IMG/VR virus record: IMGVR_UViG_3300016471_001099
Coordinates: 32,001 to 96,000 of that record
Source of the DNA: a virus
DNA length: 64,000 bases
Direction: 5' to 3' (one strand)
In this document: positions 63,401-64,000 of the stretch, piece by piece
Numbering within the stretch: position 1 is the stretch's first letter
How the letters are laid out: the number at the start of each line of letters is the position of its first letter
Program-made: the position numbers and the translations under genes
Notes under the pieces: generated by a model
What the model saw: only the letters and a program-made list of their open reading frames with translations
Told to the model about the DNA's origin: nothing
Databases searched by the model: none

Positions 63401-64000
63401 CTGGCGCGGGTCATTTCCGGAAACGACACATCCATGGGAACTTTCGGCAGACAGCTGATCGGAAGGGACGGCATGAGCCCCCTTTACGCCTCGCGCGGTT
63501 TGTCTCAGGCGGATTTGGTCAACGGAGGCACATATCAATTTGCGTCGCTTGTTGAAGCCGTTCCAGGAATAGAACAGATGTCGGATCGCGCCATGAGCAG
63601 GTTCCTGAATGCTCCGTACGACGTCATATCCAACCTTAGAAAAGAGGGAATGGCGATGGCCCCGGAATCGGCGGAAACCATCGCAAGGGCTTTCGGAAAA
63701 TCACGAGCGGATATCTGGCCGTCGGAAATTCCATCGCCAGACACCGACCCGGGCAATTTCTATTGGCTTGCGTCAACGTGGGATAGATCCGGACAAGCAC
63801 TGTCGGCCATCAACGACGGTGCCGATATGGACCAGGTCGCATCGGAAATCGACAACGGCATTTTCGTTGTGGACAAGGTTTCGCAACTTGTGAACGACGG
63901 CACGGTCGACCGTTTCTTCGATGCGGTTGGCATCGAGGAAATAACGGCCGAAGACGCCGCAAATTACATTGCAAATTCCGCCCCGCGCAGCAGAAAGGGC
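54443..64000 (+). CDS. Giant protein, at least 3186 aa, open at the right edge; GC..WMPC module, DPTP module, AGM-delimited helical segments, XRE/Ner-like HTH
   Basis: Absent from the track because it has no stop in the window. Starts MDDSTEQGDCCP. I read the frame open in the stretches I translated, and the track lists no closed ORF in this frame. Five AGM sites; AETIARAFGKSRADIWP near 63680. Confidence 0.85.
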   Translation, partial: MDDSTEQGDCCPISHEDIETKGVSFGARQVRPDSFDAYVDKESARARARMLGCIGIRQYSSTTGGMVWMPCSNESDYRRVMGQSELGRRQRRRMMKAGFSENQQTKALGSTIGAVGGQINTDPFSAIDADLDGLVLEGLPHINMGRGVPDPTPGGARRDSFAAQDGNFALAAMTRGKPTPTTERISEPKLFEVGERNVRPSQATRSRRNVEEAVRNFDNDGFEAMWRNATADLIDSELFDFDDADAAKNDFISAIEDVASRVSETVDSSFRAPDGRPDSSRRVADDTSARIAAKVLGSIAELTNNPPEIFAQNESVARRFASSMIESGAKRVAETGGKPGVWAFLIQALLGGAIGIQGGWELLARIFGIENGTGWIPHPTGRSLEILAPSLARQRSNESRSRAMGRVQKALDALRAAGFAIGEAREIPAVADDMAEALDGDGVIELPGDVVPTDSRTISSLDEMIRKMRSATGVTDSAPAPRRRRTQRQSETADAVTRNRMDLVGIPTGILDVFKTSSMEDLTEADAKASRLINAGGTDGTGKLNAELLYDVMKNQSSLRRFVAPVESAYAAQLGALIEEGRLPKLTDAILEMSPESVENFLAVNPRAIINSARSAKKKIRPSGSWISRIDHDPFEVAAHMLRAKDYHISAIANGYDTPKLADAVDELLGNNASETAAIFASMVATNKDRLSEAYDGSVTVSRSGNKLLATARNLIANATENDSSWSASRTAISGVSDAMVAGDEPMAAMAKQVVRYGRNYPRHRRRSGDWSPIANKIRDSIQRYKGKYGAPAANSADLARFVDFSYPELLDEAAELVDLMKQKIEFGSLKFDDYASEGWKNRDVAELALDEFDPTNLESIFDPGKKMGLLKAIGVVLASAAKVAPSRNEQEGVLDLLDEVNSWSFTVLPLYSEPKSVTSRKRGIFPSVTQDAEAGMTVNRPVPMDVRETLAERQDPLGSGQRQGLPQMRMQRKLIERANAILSDSEPKDMVERLTVDPSGPVIDIAETFLTTAEQFKWDQETIASFYEDVAQMMHAMVRDVPDPDKRQKLADMFTDALEDISENMDDGNSEFFARVGDIPSRTVSRLARRIVSGNEVPTEAGMNRTDDGSEEEAQQLYEDEMSRRAEDFLTRNEFPELIEEDELQTGPTPQPQKRILSDAETTTIFDGVMRVVSSLQNENIRENPNDRDSWREKLRAAGINSPFSNAEILDDLADSLLPQDSLEPRPIFSNPYAGVSSDAIDDLDQILNSVLDELGVSTTGTVDDFVSDLRRIAGIRSSKDFHDTIRSLSARSGRATSDDFAEQVMENSYLTTSAIKARVSRMFPDFYEVMDSFVDEGDTEAGMSGPTLDRIRQSVVAAREVRELGKVAAMDDAKDYVMRTTEARRRRLTSMAAPGEFLDFIIAGIRDQRSPLYLRRISAQRGGLEAYIKEASDLQINQIWEALSNFVSSARNELSEGGYGAFYSSMYLAAKTKALAEDPDFRPDATGNFTDQELLDRIGSSSWEAILPDSDAMTITPSDVDAVPSVRAKAEAALEVLSLDRNQLIALMTNESTTEEAQRNISEAIGAEAVRSDIQSKPGKVEYVPTPMHMEQISVADSITPLDSNSLVNFVETLDDAQLTSLEGIVPDVRVADAVEKETKTLSFATATRKLFGLAEIHSSEPNELRSLSKRVGQMLDDESFSSPVKDLLRAVMANDDLLASQILSEMNVADSANEASLLRAMWEFSRDSSGRSIASALPGNIDEAEKLAARRARAVGILKSQPDGGRGLARKTIDAHPKGGKGYDLVRISAEPTDRQKKILNLAQAIAEYDGSPESAAKIIYSLSEPQLENLRRNYIIPSILQRLDRQAYERRQEQSSIAQARARIDNLGRRLEMITFGSEEAERKVEDVVSRIDEALIKAFGDRSSELSMLSPQEREHYGDIVDYYVSGGSEVFDDPSEYARASRRERLAKAEPSENEFTSTASSQQQPTQPSVAEEENDFWDDLGIESGPIQDKGESTDAGMAGPTPTQGDGEKRELKPLPEEVAKKLFGDDVVGWIKEGTWTAGRTTFPTTDDPDEAAYVRRAISALFSVQEGKLPDDVSERLRKEGNYAASQLIFRALIGRTADLISAMPNPPYDFPGNGYDPRSDSDLDRRNFFLSAMQEYLSLHMTLGGDVLPIYDFSPDRDPTHYYFEIKRNDFQLQMSSDISNWRLVYNPDQPNDTVRSVNEEPPADEFTGDPSAHPDIQSVDRTISALKRQFPNFRDWLNQSTRYSRTLGGEHYEKDTAKFGVGIIDQVLADPTSMDLEKVIRQVAEQFPIRGYGDSVRLAQDAANLGADPDDVSPFPTMESYPNPDVMIGSDMPRDRIAKQKKIAVSSAKASAAARQSWWAMFSSGTTMDEYEIAAVSKTTDGDNFHPDAILSGLRKYARENGISDDQFDAMYSTAQAAANGRYNQVALQKVTAALNDIAMNSRGGVAGELMRLDQLMRTLRNQSKELSRHYQDRLRARIQTLYSAWGTMTASFDAERERLGRELSAGRMTPQEVVDEIRRLWLSMQPAAYSALNQIADLSRRTRASQRARDAVDTQIGEIEQRIEEIRNAVNLTVTDMDARMRILRGVNNGLSHLANDPNALNDDNDAGMSVGKTKFGIVGQTPDRVGQKRELLSSKEKLFAEELRKINDLVSATNLEDMSFVPDLRTAMATLRGGIPDRVIPQMRFGTDSEIRQAKKIAARMIRADMDAESATRKIMGSRFTRFSEMALNSLPGLTRRIAEDVIVDGFAVAMSANNAKEQDVEAALLMLNDATKNARNFAIYNPLEITARYFNVDPEEVADAIATETLLAKTSNVLRSAQTYASGLSATYSERSVRRMTANRFPELENLGSVYLDSIFVNDDAVGEANAKLESAILLNSMIGLGPSTISSAFGVSEDVAQLISAAGRDKSPLPDLRQPLPHDWNFMTFRDRQLWLGSEEAFNSLGRMGVNDELAKLQREIEDFGSMDGPYPALARVISGNDTSMGTFGRQLIGRDGMSPLYASRGLSQADLVNGGTYQFASLVEAVPGIEQMSDRAMSRFLNAPYDVISNLRKEGMAMAPESAETIARAFGKSRADIWPSEIPSPDTDPGNFYWLASTWDRSGQALSAINDGADMDQVASEIDNGIFVVDKVSQLVNDGTVDRFFDAVGIEEITAEDAANYIANSAPRSRKG

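Noticed and set aside
10017-64000. Stop-codon reassignment or inteins explaining the giant ORFs
   Set aside because: The ORFs are open and couple neatly under the standard code with all three stop codons in use. I recognised no Hint or LAGLIDADG motifs.

Overview
The window is a fragment of a large tailed dsDNA phage genome with an HK97-type head. The host is not determinable, but the gene style suggests Actinobacteria (inference). I saw no rRNA, tRNA or CRISPR array. The left arm (1-7457, minus strand) holds two ParB-like genes flanking a PAPS-reductase-family gene, a RuvC-like resolvase, an HNH nuclease, a RecB/Cas4-like exonuclease, a Rad52/Sak annealing protein and the large terminase. 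Divergently, the plus strand (7524 to >64000) is one tightly coupled run: a small membrane protein, a portal-MuF fusion, then about 54 kb of mostly giant ORFs (4578, 1866, ~2800, ~915, 1848 and >3186 aa) with no recognisable major capsid gene. The first giant begins with the prohead protease. The main observation is that these giants look like polyproteins. A protein-level motif [D/E]-x-[T/P/A]-[E/S/D]-A-G-M recurs about 24 times in five giant ORFs, in linkers between recognisable domains: HTH arrays, WYL-like domains, a DEDDh exonuclease, ART-like domains, a GNAT and HExxH peptidases. Five ORFs also share an N-proximal module, DADxD-x-x-x-EG-x-P-x-x-N-x-GRG-x-x-DPTP. My hypothesis (inference) is a capsid-packaged, protease-processed effector cargo system. 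Domain calls are by eye from motifs and need HMM or structure confirmation.
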